NCBI GenBank assembly: GCA_965218095.1
Contig: OZ244587.1
Coordinates: forward strand, 2,752,001-2,816,000
Direction of reading: 5' to 3'
DNA length: 64,000 bases
DNA from: Candidatus Poribacteria bacterium
GTDB taxonomy: Bacteria > Poribacteria > WGA-4E > PCPOR2b
Shown: one piece after another, positions 8,912-17,735 of the stretch
Layout: each line of letters begins with the position of its first letter
How positions within the stretch are numbered: the stretch's first letter is position 1
Notes under the pieces: model-generated
The model's input: only the letters and a program-made list of their open reading frames with translations
Databases searched by the model: none
What the model was told of the DNA's origin: nothing
Translations under genes and position numbers: made by a program

Positions 8912-9706
8912 ATGTCGGATGATAAACTTTCTTATAACCTTAACGAAGATACAGCCAAAGTCGGTCGGAAACGGTCGAATGAATTAGATGGAAAGACGTG
9001 GTTAAGGCATTCAATTTCAATTTGGGAAGACATAAAGAAAACCAAAGAGGAAGCTAACCTAAAACATCCCGCAATGTTTCCTACCGCTTTAGCTCGCCGT
9101 CTTATTGAGTGTTTTACCAATCAAGACGCTCGTTTGGTACTTGACCCTTTTGTTGGAGTCGGGTCTACCTTGATAGCTGCTAAAGAGTGCGGCAAGGATA
9201 GTATTGGCATTGAGGTTTCGCCGGAATTTGCCGAGATTGCTGAAGATAGAATCAATCAGACGATTCCGTTTGCCGGCGCAACTGAAACGACTATTCACGT
9301 CGCCGATAGCCGAGAGCTATACAAATATGTCCCCTCGAGTAGTGTAGATTTGGTTGTCACTTCTCCGCCTTACTGGGATATCCTTCTCTCAAAGCGGACA
9401 GCAGATTACAAAGCGCAACGCGACTATGGCGATGCGGAGGCCGATCTGGGAAAGATTCGGGACTATGAAAAATTCCTACTTGAACTTCGTAAGATTTTTG
9501 AGCAGGTCTACATAACGCTAAAGCCGAAAAGTTACTGTTGTGTCGTGGTAATGGATCTGCGCAAAAAGAGCCGTTATGGTTTGGCGAAATATCCTGATGC
9601 ACACCCAAGAAAAGACGGGCGTAGAACATTTTTCAGTTCCCGAAGTCTTGTTTTCGCCCAATGTTCCAAAGGATTGGAAGCGAGAGTATGTGAGAGGATA
9701 TGCTGA
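8912..9706 (+). pseudogene. N4-C/N6-A DNA methyltransferase, C-terminally truncated near 9575
   Basis: RBS AAGGAG before ATG 8912; KHPAMFP, LDPFVGVGST, then VTSPPY; recognisable similarity ends after VVMDLRKKSRY. Confidence 0.85.
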
Positions 9707-10244
9707 TGTAGCCGGTAATATCAGGCATTCTAACCGTTACACAGACGGAAGTCATCGTGTACGCCTTGATGTGTTGAATTACCCAACGAATTGGGAAATG
9801 CCGGTCCAACTCTGTACGCTGTTGGAAGAACATTTAGCGGTTCCCGTCCAGCTAATCACATGGGGACATCCAAACCTGGGACGAAATTTCCGAGAACACC
9901 AGATTAATATCTTCGCTGTGCCGTTTGGACAAATTGGCTTTTCACTGGAACACCAACAGACCATTTTGCGGGAATTTATCGAACACGATTTGCATCAGTA
10001 TCCCAACAAGACCTACAATCCTTGTCCTGGCAGGAGGAAACTTAGGAAGAATCAGCGTAAACCAAAAGATGAACGAGAGAATGACGAAAGGCTTGATGAG
10101 CGGATAAGAGGGAATCATTTTAACGCCTACTGGCAAATCTGCAAAAAGTTGGGTTGTCCACGTACCCCGAAAATCATGCAGCAAGAGCTTTGGAACTTTG
10201 ACGCGCTTGAGGCATTAGAGAAGGGAGGCGATGATGACGTATAG
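9576..10244 (+). CDS. LAGLIDADG-fold protein, probably N-terminally truncated
   Basis: VPEVLF....KREYVRGYADVAGNIR matches a second LAGLIDADG helix (FLRGxFDxDG); no RBS; overlaps the MTase ORF by 131 nt. Confidence 0.6.
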   Translation: MVWRNILMHTQEKTGVEHFSVPEVLFSPNVPKDWKREYVRGYADVAGNIRHSNRYTDGSHRVRLDVLNYPTNWEMPVQLCTLLEEHLAVPVQLITWGHPNLGRNFREHQINIFAVPFGQIGFSLEHQQTILREFIEHDLHQYPNKTYNPCPGRRKLRKNQRKPKDERENDERLDERIRGNHFNAYWQICKKLGCPRTPKIMQQELWNFDALEALEKGGDDDV

Positions 10245-10743
10245 CACGGAAGAAGAGATGTATCCCGATGTCTGTAGATGGCTTGAGGATTTTCTTACGG
10301 ACAGGTTCCGACATGCAGACATCGAAGTTTACAACCTTTCAAAATCGCCGCTTTCCCATTTCCTGAAAACATACAATCGCGGCAGTTTTCCTGCCGAATG
10401 GATTACGTGGGATATTCGGGTTGATGTTGTCGGCTTCATTCATTCCCGTGATAAATTGACTTCGTTAGCTTTCGTGGAATGCAAGATTAGGCGTCTGACA
10501 TTAGCTCATTTATCGCAACTTTTGGGTTACAGCCGAATTGCTTTACCGCTTTATTCGTTCTTAATTTCTCCGATGCCCTTGTCATCAACGCTAACTTCTC
10601 TACTGCGGAAGTATCAGCGCGCTGATGTGTTGGAATATCAATGGGAGAAAGGCAAAAGACCACGACAGATTGTCGTTGCTCAGTGGGACAGTTTTGCCTG
10701 CAATCTTAACGAGCAAACCATGACTGGCGGTACCGGATTATGA
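10231..10743 (+). CDS. PD-(D/E)xK nuclease with QxxxY motif
   Basis: E.EMY...VDVVG...FVECK...LSQLLGY; RBS GGGAGG; coupled to the upstream ORF. Confidence 0.75.
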   Translation: MMTYSTEEEMYPDVCRWLEDFLTDRFRHADIEVYNLSKSPLSHFLKTYNRGSFPAEWITWDIRVDVVGFIHSRDKLTSLAFVECKIRRLTLAHLSQLLGYSRIALPLYSFLISPMPLSSTLTSLLRKYQRADVLEYQWEKGKRPRQIVVAQWDSFACNLNEQTMTGGTGL

Positions 10744-10817
10744 AATTTAGAGATAGAACAAACACAACTTCTTAAGCAGTCTAACACACTCCAATATATC
10801 GGAAAAGGATAACAAAC

Positions 10818-11642
10818 ATGACCAAAATACCCTTTATGAAACTCAGTGGAGCGGGCAACGACTTCGTCATTATTGATAACCGCGAAGGCGTTGTCTCCTA
10901 TGAAAATACAGATTTCATCGAGAAGGTTTGCCAACGCCGCATGTCCGCCGGCGCAGACGGCGTTCTGCTCGTCGAAAATACGGACAAAGCGAATTTCCGG
11001 ATGCGCTACTTCAATGCAGATGGTGGAGAAGTGGAGACGTGCGGAAACGGCGCCCGCTGCATCTCAAGGTTCGCTTATGTCAACGGCATTGTTCATGAAC
11101 GGATGTCCTTTGAGACGCAAGCTGGTATCTACGAATCAGAGATTGTCGGCACCAATGTCAAGGTGCGTATGAGTGATCCGACTGACATTCGGTTGAACTT
11201 CCCACTTCAGTTGAAAGATGGCGTCCACAATGTCTGTTTCGCTAACAGTGGTGTTCCCCACATCGTCTTTTTCGTGGAAGACCTTGAGGGAACGGACGTC
11301 GTAGAGTTTGGGGGGCAAACGCGCTACCACGATGACTTTAAGCCGGCGGGGACGAACGCGAATTTCGTCCGAATCAGAAATGCCGAAGAGATTGACATCC
11401 GTACCTACGAGCGCGGCGTCGAGGATGAAACTCTCGCCTGTGGCACGGGCTCTATCGCCGCCGCAGTTGTTTCTGCCTCGCTGGGAAAAGTCTCGTCTCC
11501 GGCTGCTGTGCGGACAGCCAGTGGCTCGGTGCTGACCATCCATTTTGACCTGGAGAATGGTGAAGCGAAAAATGTCTACCTGGAAGGGGATGCCCGAATC
11601 ATCTATTCGGGTGAACTCACAGAGGATGCTTGGGTTTATTAA
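10818..11642 (+). CDS. dapF: Diaminopimelate epimerase
   Basis: GAGNDF, NADG.E.E.CGNGARC, GVPH, ERGVEDETLACGTG. Confidence 0.97.
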   Translation: MTKIPFMKLSGAGNDFVIIDNREGVVSYENTDFIEKVCQRRMSAGADGVLLVENTDKANFRMRYFNADGGEVETCGNGARCISRFAYVNGIVHERMSFETQAGIYESEIVGTNVKVRMSDPTDIRLNFPLQLKDGVHNVCFANSGVPHIVFFVEDLEGTDVVEFGGQTRYHDDFKPAGTNANFVRIRNAEEIDIRTYERGVEDETLACGTGSIAAAVVSASLGKVSSPAAVRTASGSVLTIHFDLENGEAKNVYLEGDARIIYSGELTEDAWVY

Positions 11643-11703
11643 CAGGATTTTCCAAATAATTCGATTATCTTGAGAATTGTAGTCTTTTTTCTTTGGAGGG
11701 CAA

Positions 11704-13365
11704 ATGAAGAAAGTCTTATTGATTATTAACGGTCCGCAGCCCCCTTACAGCGCATTTGCGGAGATGTTCAAGCCGTTGGTCGAAGATTCCGGGCAGTTTG
11801 AAGTGGAAGTTAGCGACAATCGCAATCGATTGGTGGGTGCTTCGGCGTTTGACGCCGTTACATTGTACATCAGTGGCGGGGAGATCACGCCTGAGCAAGA
11901 GCGTGAGTTGACGGAGTTTGTCAATGCCGGCGGCGGACTGCTTGCGGTACATGGCGCCAACGCCGGGTTGGGTCGGTATGAAACGTACATTGAGCTCATC
12001 GGCACGGAGTTTATCCAACATGATCCGTTGGCGCCGTTTGAGGTCACGACGGAAGATGGGGTTAATGACATCCTCCCGCGTCTCAACAAACAATTTCGTG
12101 TTGTGGATGAATGCTACCAGATGAAGGTTCGGACGGACGTCCCTCTGCGCTACTTCCAGTACGGTACGTGGAAACTCAAAAAGTATCCACTCGGTTATGT
12201 GCGCGACTATGGCGATGGTAAGGTGTTTTACACGGCGCTCGGACACGATGAGCGGACGTTCCGCCACCCGGATTTCCAAGATCAACTTTTGAAGGGGCTG
12301 CGCTATGTGACCAATCTGAAAGATAGCCTGGCCATTCGCATTGGTCTTGTGGGCTATGGGCCGCTGTTTAGCATGGGCAAACATCACGCTGGCATGATTG
12401 CGCAGACGCACGGGTTTGAGTTGGTTGCCGTGTGCGATAAAGATCCGGAACGCCTCCGTGTTGCAAAGGAAGATCAAGGAGATGGACTCGCTGCCTTTAC
12501 TGATGCGCAGGAGATGGCTCAGAGCGGCTTGATTGATCTAGGGATTGTGATTGTGCCACATGTGTACCACGCGTCCCTTGCAAAGGTGCTGTTGGAAGCC
12601 GGGTTGCATACAATTGTCGAAAAGCCGTTTGTCGTCCACGTCTCGGAAGCTGACGAACTCATAGCACTGGCACGCGAAAAGGGAGTCATGCTCTCGGTTT
12701 ACCACAGCCGTCACTGGGATCCGGATATTCTCACCATCCGTGATGCTGTCGAATCGGGGGTGATCGGCGAAGTGTATTCGATTGAATGTAATCTGGTCGG
12801 CTATGGCGCCCCTGGACAGGAGTGGCGTAACCACAAGGAAATATCGGGTGGGATGTTATACGATATGGGCGCACACCAGTTTGAGAAGATCCTGCAATTG
12901 GTGCCCCAACATGATCACCGTGGAAACCGTGTCAATAAGCGTGCGACGCTATACGGGAATTTCCTCAAGCGGAGATGGCATGCCAGTTCAAACGAAGATT
13001 TCTGCCGGGCGTATGTGCGGTTCGACAGTGGCTTAGAAGCGCAGCTCATCCAGTCGAACCTGTACGCCGCTGATAAGCCACTTTGGACAATACTTGGTAC
13101 GCATGGCGCGATTATTGTGCAAAATTCCCAGGGCGATACGACCTTGACCGCCATCATGGAGGACGGACGCAAGATGGTTTCAAATTATCCAACGGTAACG
13201 GATCGTGGCTGGCAGGCATATTACAAGAACATATCGGATCATCTGCTTTCCGGGCTGCCGCTGTTGATTACACCAGAATGGGCGAAGGGGACGATCCAGT
13301 GCATCGAAGGGTGCGAGATCGCCGCCCGTGAAAACCGGTTGGTGGAAGTCGAGTTTGATTTTTAG
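11704..13365 (+). CDS. ThuA-like domain fused to Gfo/Idh/MocA oxidoreductase
   Basis: N-terminal GGGLLAVH..GKVFYTALGHD; C-terminal IGLVGYG, VEKP, GGMLYDMGAH. Confidence 0.88.
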   Translation: MKKVLLIINGPQPPYSAFAEMFKPLVEDSGQFEVEVSDNRNRLVGASAFDAVTLYISGGEITPEQERELTEFVNAGGGLLAVHGANAGLGRYETYIELIGTEFIQHDPLAPFEVTTEDGVNDILPRLNKQFRVVDECYQMKVRTDVPLRYFQYGTWKLKKYPLGYVRDYGDGKVFYTALGHDERTFRHPDFQDQLLKGLRYVTNLKDSLAIRIGLVGYGPLFSMGKHHAGMIAQTHGFELVAVCDKDPERLRVAKEDQGDGLAAFTDAQEMAQSGLIDLGIVIVPHVYHASLAKVLLEAGLHTIVEKPFVVHVSEADELIALAREKGVMLSVYHSRHWDPDILTIRDAVESGVIGEVYSIECNLVGYGAPGQEWRNHKEISGGMLYDMGAHQFEKILQLVPQHDHRGNRVNKRATLYGNFLKRRWHASSNEDFCRAYVRFDSGLEAQLIQSNLYAADKPLWTILGTHGAIIVQNSQGDTTLTAIMEDGRKMVSNYPTVTDRGWQAYYKNISDHLLSGLPLLITPEWAKGTIQCIEGCEIAARENRLVEVEFDF

Positions 13366-13586
13366 TAAAGGCAAAACGTGCTTTTCGCTACAATGAAAGG
13401 CTACAACGAAAGGAGGGAAAGCAAATGCCGGTTCTTTGGGATGAATACACTACCCCAAAAAACTCCTGAAGTACGGCTTTCTGACATGTGTGTTGACTGT
13501 ACATAAAAACCGGACATTCTGTGTTTTTTTCGCGATAGCATCCATAAATTGCTTTGCCCATATACCAAAAGTGAAAGGAGTTCGCC

Positions 13587-14414
13587 ATGCAATATCGAAC
13601 ACTCGGTCGCACACAACTGCGCGTTTCGGAGATCGGATACGGCGGTGGGCGGGTACGTTCCAATCAAGATGAACAGACGCTTATCCGTATACTCCACCGA
13701 GCCTTCGACATCGGGCTTAACTACATCGACACGGCGCCAACCTACGGGGATGGCGCCAGTGAAACCGTTATCGGGAAGGCGATTCAGGGGCGAGGCGATC
13801 AGCTTGTCATCGCAACGAAGACCGAAGCCTTTGACCCGCAAGGGATTCTGGACGATGTGGAAGGGAGTTTGAGGCGGTTACAGGTGGACGTGATTGACGT
13901 CTTACAGTTTCACGGCGGTTGGCATCAGGGGGACGATGCAGACAAGATCTTGAATCGAGGCGGATTAGAAACCTATCAGAAATTGCGCGATCAGGGGAAA
14001 ATCCGTTTCATTGGGTTTTCGGCGGATGGACCTTCAGGCGGCGTCGAGCGAATGGTCGCTTCCGGTAAATTCGACATGATTCAGATTCACTACAACCTGA
14101 TGTACCAGAGCACCTGCGACGCCTTCAGCAATCGCGGCATCATACCGGATGCGGATGCGGATGCGCAGGGCATGGGCATTGTGCTAATGCGTTCTACGAC
14201 AAGCAACGCATTCCCAAAGTTGATGCGGCAATGTTTCCCGAAAGAAATGGAAGAGGTCGATTTGGACAGCTTTCTGCTAAACTATGTCCTCTCCAATCCG
14301 CTGATTGATGTTGCACTGATGAGCCTGCAAAGCCTTGACGATGTGGCGTGGGCGGATGCGGTTTCGGATGGGGTCAATCAACGGCTGGATCTGCGGGCGA
14401 TTCACGGACGTTAG
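13587..14414 (+). CDS. Aldo/keto reductase
   Basis: YRTLGRT.L.VSEIG.G, IDTAPTYGDG.SE, SLRRLQVD.ID. Confidence 0.92.
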   Translation: MQYRTLGRTQLRVSEIGYGGGRVRSNQDEQTLIRILHRAFDIGLNYIDTAPTYGDGASETVIGKAIQGRGDQLVIATKTEAFDPQGILDDVEGSLRRLQVDVIDVLQFHGGWHQGDDADKILNRGGLETYQKLRDQGKIRFIGFSADGPSGGVERMVASGKFDMIQIHYNLMYQSTCDAFSNRGIIPDADADAQGMGIVLMRSTTSNAFPKLMRQCFPKEMEEVDLDSFLLNYVLSNPLIDVALMSLQSLDDVAWADAVSDGVNQRLDLRAIHGR

Positions 14415-14428
14415 GCTGAAGGTCGGGT

Positions 14429-15106
14429 TCAAGCCAGCTTTGATGTCCACTCGTTCACGACACGCGCCATCTCCACAAACACATCTTCGTCGGTTCTGCG
14501 GGAACGTTTGAGAACCTTGAATCCGTGGTCGGCGGTATCCAAAAGATGTAGCGTCGCCTTATCGCCGAGCCCCTTGCAGACAGGTTGTAGCAGATCGAGT
14601 TCAGCTAACTTGTCCCGCGTGCCAGACAGGAAAAGCATCGGCGTTGTGACATCGCTCAGATGTTCCGCCCGTTCCGTCGAAGGCTTGCCAGATGGATGCA
14701 AGGGAAAGGCGAAGAACACCAAGCCCCGTACATGCTCCAGAGGCGCCTCCTCCTCCGCCATTGACGTCATTCGTCCGCTGAAGGAGTGTCCCCCGACGAG
14801 AATCGATAGATTGTTGGCCACCGCGTGTGCTGCGGCAACCGCCGAGCGGATAGTTTCCTGACAGACTGCATTGGAATTCCGGCCTCCTCCACCCTCCGCA
14901 TACGGAAAGTTGTAACGGAATGTTGCGATGTCGACGTCCGCCAATCGTTCGGCGATGGCTTGAAGAGTTTTATGCTGCATATTCGTGCTAGCGCCATGCC
15001 CCAGAACCAGCAACCAGCGTGCATTTTTAGGGTGGATCAGTAGCGAGGAGACTTCGCCCTTATCCTCTGTTGCGAGAAACTTCGATTCAACGGCTTCGTA
15101 ACTCAT
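14429..15106 (-). CDS. Alpha/beta-fold hydrolase
   Basis: HGAS, GGHSFSGR nucleophile elbow, GTRD, ADHGF. Confidence 0.88.
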   Translation of the reverse strand: MSYEAVESKFLATEDKGEVSSLLIHPKNARWLLVLGHGASTNMQHKTLQAIAERLADVDIATFRYNFPYAEGGGGRNSNAVCQETIRSAVAAAHAVANNLSILVGGHSFSGRMTSMAEEEAPLEHVRGLVFFAFPLHPSGKPSTERAEHLSDVTTPMLFLSGTRDKLAELDLLQPVCKGLGDKATLHLLDTADHGFKVLKRSRRTDEDVFVEMARVVNEWTSKLA

Positions 15107-15173
15107 TTTCTAAACCTCATAAATTTCGTTAAACCCGGAATCTTTCCTGACAATATGATTTGATTGACGAATG

Positions 15174-15401
15174 CTACAATCTATGCCACTCCTCCTCTGA
15201 AATGCCTAATCGAGACAGTATTTGTTTAACAATGGGTATTCCCACATCCTTAGAACCGTGTGGATTTGGCACTCGTATTTTCAATGACTGCCAGCGCATA
15301 AATTGGTGTTTACCACCAGGGTAGGGCCCATCAAATCCCAATTTTCTCAGCTTACAAATCAACTCGCGCCGCTTCACTGGGGCTAATGACAATTTCTTCA
15401 A
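15174..15401 (-). CDS. hicA: HicA family toxin
   Basis: L.KLGF.GP..GGKH..M....RVPNPH; start uncertain. Confidence 0.85.
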   Translation of the reverse strand: MKKLSLAPVKRRELICKLRKLGFDGPYPGGKHQFMRWQSLKIRVPNPHGSKDVGIPIVKQILSRLGISEEEWHRL

Positions 15402-15654
15402 CTCTGTTGTCGATTTTGCCTATTGTCAGTCCATCCAGTTCAGGAATTGGGTCGTTAAATTGTAATGCCAGGATAAGCCATCCCTCGGTAACTTCTATGA
15501 GCTCTGATCGGGCCTCCTCTACCGTCGCGCCTTGGGCCCAGCAGCCGGGGAGTTGTGGAATATATGCACCCCAGCTTTTCGTTTCCTCACAATACTCGTA
15601 AACTGCATGCTGGATAGCCTTTGTAATATAATCACTCATTGTACCTTTGCGCAT
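15352..15654 (-). CDS. hicB: HicB family antitoxin
   Basis: IPQLPGCWAQGATVEEA..EL.E..EGW. Confidence 0.88.
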   Translation of the reverse strand: MRKGTMSDYITKAIQHAVYEYCEETKSWGAYIPQLPGCWAQGATVEEARSELIEVTEGWLILALQFNDPIPELDGLTIGKIDNRVEEIVISPSEAARVDL

Positions 15655-15732
15655 GGCGCTTTCTCCTTTTAGGCGGCGCTAAATCCTGCACCAGCAAATA
15701 AGGGGCTCAGCATCCCAGGCCCCTAATGTTCC

Positions 15733-16680
15733 CTAAAACCCGAGATTCTTCCTGACGACATTCTTCAACGGTTCGCCCGCCATGTACCGCTTCAGATTAT
15801 CGCAGAAGAACTCAATGGTGCGGCGTGGGCGGTGCTGTGACCCCCCGGCGGCGTGCGGCGTGAGAATCACATTGTCCATCTCCCACAGGGGGCTGTCTTT
15901 TGAAAGCGGTTCAACTTCAGTCACATCCAACCCCGCACCGGCGATTTTCCCTTGTCTGAGGACCTCAATAAGGGCACCCTCGTCAACGATTGGCCCACGA
16001 GCGACATTGATGAAATAGGCGGTCGGCTTCATCAACGCTAGGTTTTCTGCATTAATCAGTCCGCGCGTCCCATCTGTCAATGGACACGCGATCATCACTA
16101 CATCAGAACGGCGCATCAGGTCGGGGAGCCGATCAATTGGCGCCAGTTCATCAACCACATCTGGCTTATCTGTGCGGTACGCATCGACGGAGATGACGTA
16201 CATCTCAAAGCCTTTGGCGCGTCTTGCCATGTGCTGACCAATGCCGCCCATGCCAACAATGCCGATGGTAAAGCCGCCAATCTCAATCATTGACAGCCCA
16301 CCGCGTCCCCATTCATGTTTGTCTTGACTGCGGGTAAAATGGTGGATATTCCGTGTTAAACCAAGCAGCAGCGCAAACCCCTGGTCTGCGACATGCGAGC
16401 CATACAACCCCGCCGCGTTCGTCAAGATGATGTCGCTATCCCTGAGCGAGGGATACAGGTGGGCGTCCATCCCCGCACTATTGGATTGGATCCACTTCAC
16501 CTTCGGCAAATGTTGGAAAACCTCTTCATAACAGAAACCGTAAAAGACTTCCGCATCCACCCCTTCTTCGATGAATTCCTCTTTCGACTCCGGAAATACG
16601 ACCGTATTTTCATCATCCGCGGTGTCGCGGATGAGTTGGCGCAGATCTTCATTCAACCGATCAGCGACCAAAATTTTCAT
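15733..16680 (-). CDS. D-2-hydroxyacid dehydrogenase
   Basis: GIVGMGGIG, INVARG, LDV..EPL, TPH. Confidence 0.92.
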   Translation of the reverse strand: MKILVADRLNEDLRQLIRDTADDENTVVFPESKEEFIEEGVDAEVFYGFCYEEVFQHLPKVKWIQSNSAGMDAHLYPSLRDSDIILTNAAGLYGSHVADQGFALLLGLTRNIHHFTRSQDKHEWGRGGLSMIEIGGFTIGIVGMGGIGQHMARRAKGFEMYVISVDAYRTDKPDVVDELAPIDRLPDLMRRSDVVMIACPLTDGTRGLINAENLALMKPTAYFINVARGPIVDEGALIEVLRQGKIAGAGLDVTEVEPLSKDSPLWEMDNVILTPHAAGGSQHRPRRTIEFFCDNLKRYMAGEPLKNVVRKNLGF

Positions 16681-16704
16681 AGACTCACTCCTCTTAAAAT
16701 CATC

Positions 16705-17613
16705 TTATGCATTGCCTATTTTCCACGGTGGTTTTTCAGGCAACAATGCTTCAAAACCCTCGATCAGTTTAGCTTCATAGTCGCCGGCATATGCGTTGTT
16801 GAGAAATTTATCCATTCCCTCATCCACAAAGCGTTCCCACGATTCCTCCTCATATCCGGGATTGACGGGGAAAAATAGCGCACCAACGTCCCGAGCCGCT
16901 TTCAGATCTCCTGGGGCGTTGCCGATCATCAGGATATGACCGGAGGGATACTTCCCTTTTGCGGTCAAAGTGAGATGCTCCGTCTTTGATCCCATCTCCT
17001 GCCCCGCAATCACCGCGACATATTGGTTGATATTGTGTTCTGCCCATTCCCGTTTGAGCGCCTCATCAGGTGTTGCGGAAACAACAATCGCGTCGGAACG
17101 GCCTTGCAGCCCTTGCAGCGTTTCGCGCACGCCACGGAAAGGCGGCAGATTGCAGACGATCTCAGCAATGGTCTCATTCACAGCAAGGCTCCACTGAAGG
17201 ACTTTGCTCAACTCCACCCGTTTCGCTCCCGTCGCGTTTTCAACGACCGCCTTGAGCGTAGGATTACCGAGCTTGGTTTCCGTTTCAGCCCATTCTCTGA
17301 GATACAGAAATTCAGGAATCGAAACGCCGGACCTTTGGACTTTCGGCATCTCCCGGAGGAAATCACAGACCAGGAGAATCGCCTTGAAACGATTACAACC
17401 GCGTGTTTTGGAGTAGAGATTCACAAAGTCCCACGCCTGGTGGGCTTGTCTCGAAATAGCAGGTAGCCTGAAGTGCTTGATCAGCTTGACGCTGAAACAG
17501 TCGTTGTGCTTGACTTCCATCGTATTGAACGCACAACCATCCGAATCAATCCCAACGAAATATTTGTGCTTCGGTTGAAAGTTCTTCAACTCCGCTTGTG
17601 GCTCCTTGTGCAT
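16705..17613 (-). CDS. HAD-family hydrolase
   Basis: GIDSDGC motif I, VVSAT motif II, MIGNAPGD motif IV with N in place of D. Confidence 0.85.
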   Translation of the reverse strand: MHKEPQAELKNFQPKHKYFVGIDSDGCAFNTMEVKHNDCFSVKLIKHFRLPAISRQAHQAWDFVNLYSKTRGCNRFKAILLVCDFLREMPKVQRSGVSIPEFLYLREWAETETKLGNPTLKAVVENATGAKRVELSKVLQWSLAVNETIAEIVCNLPPFRGVRETLQGLQGRSDAIVVSATPDEALKREWAEHNINQYVAVIAGQEMGSKTEHLTLTAKGKYPSGHILMIGNAPGDLKAARDVGALFFPVNPGYEEESWERFVDEGMDKFLNNAYAGDYEAKLIEGFEALLPEKPPWKIGNA

Positions 17614-17735
17614 TCAATGCTCTCCCTTCAATTTGGATTATCGGATGGAAAATGAGTTCAAGCGTTCATGGGTTCATTGAACTCCCCGATGGATCGGTTC
17701 TGCTTCGCTCCAACCTGAACCCACGAACTCGCGTT

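Noticed and set aside
9576-10244. Intein or group I intron within the methyltransferase
   Set aside because: No C/S...HN splice motifs, a different reading frame, and no MTase remainder downstream
11716-12477. Long antisense ORFs (also 7028-7591, 24156-24911, 25503-26114, 59749-60312)
   Set aside because: Shadows of well-supported genes, with no recognisable motifs
13425-13469. 14-codon ORF MPVLWDEYTTPKNS with strong RBS as a leader peptide
   Set aside because: No attenuator structure seen; more likely a truncated gene start
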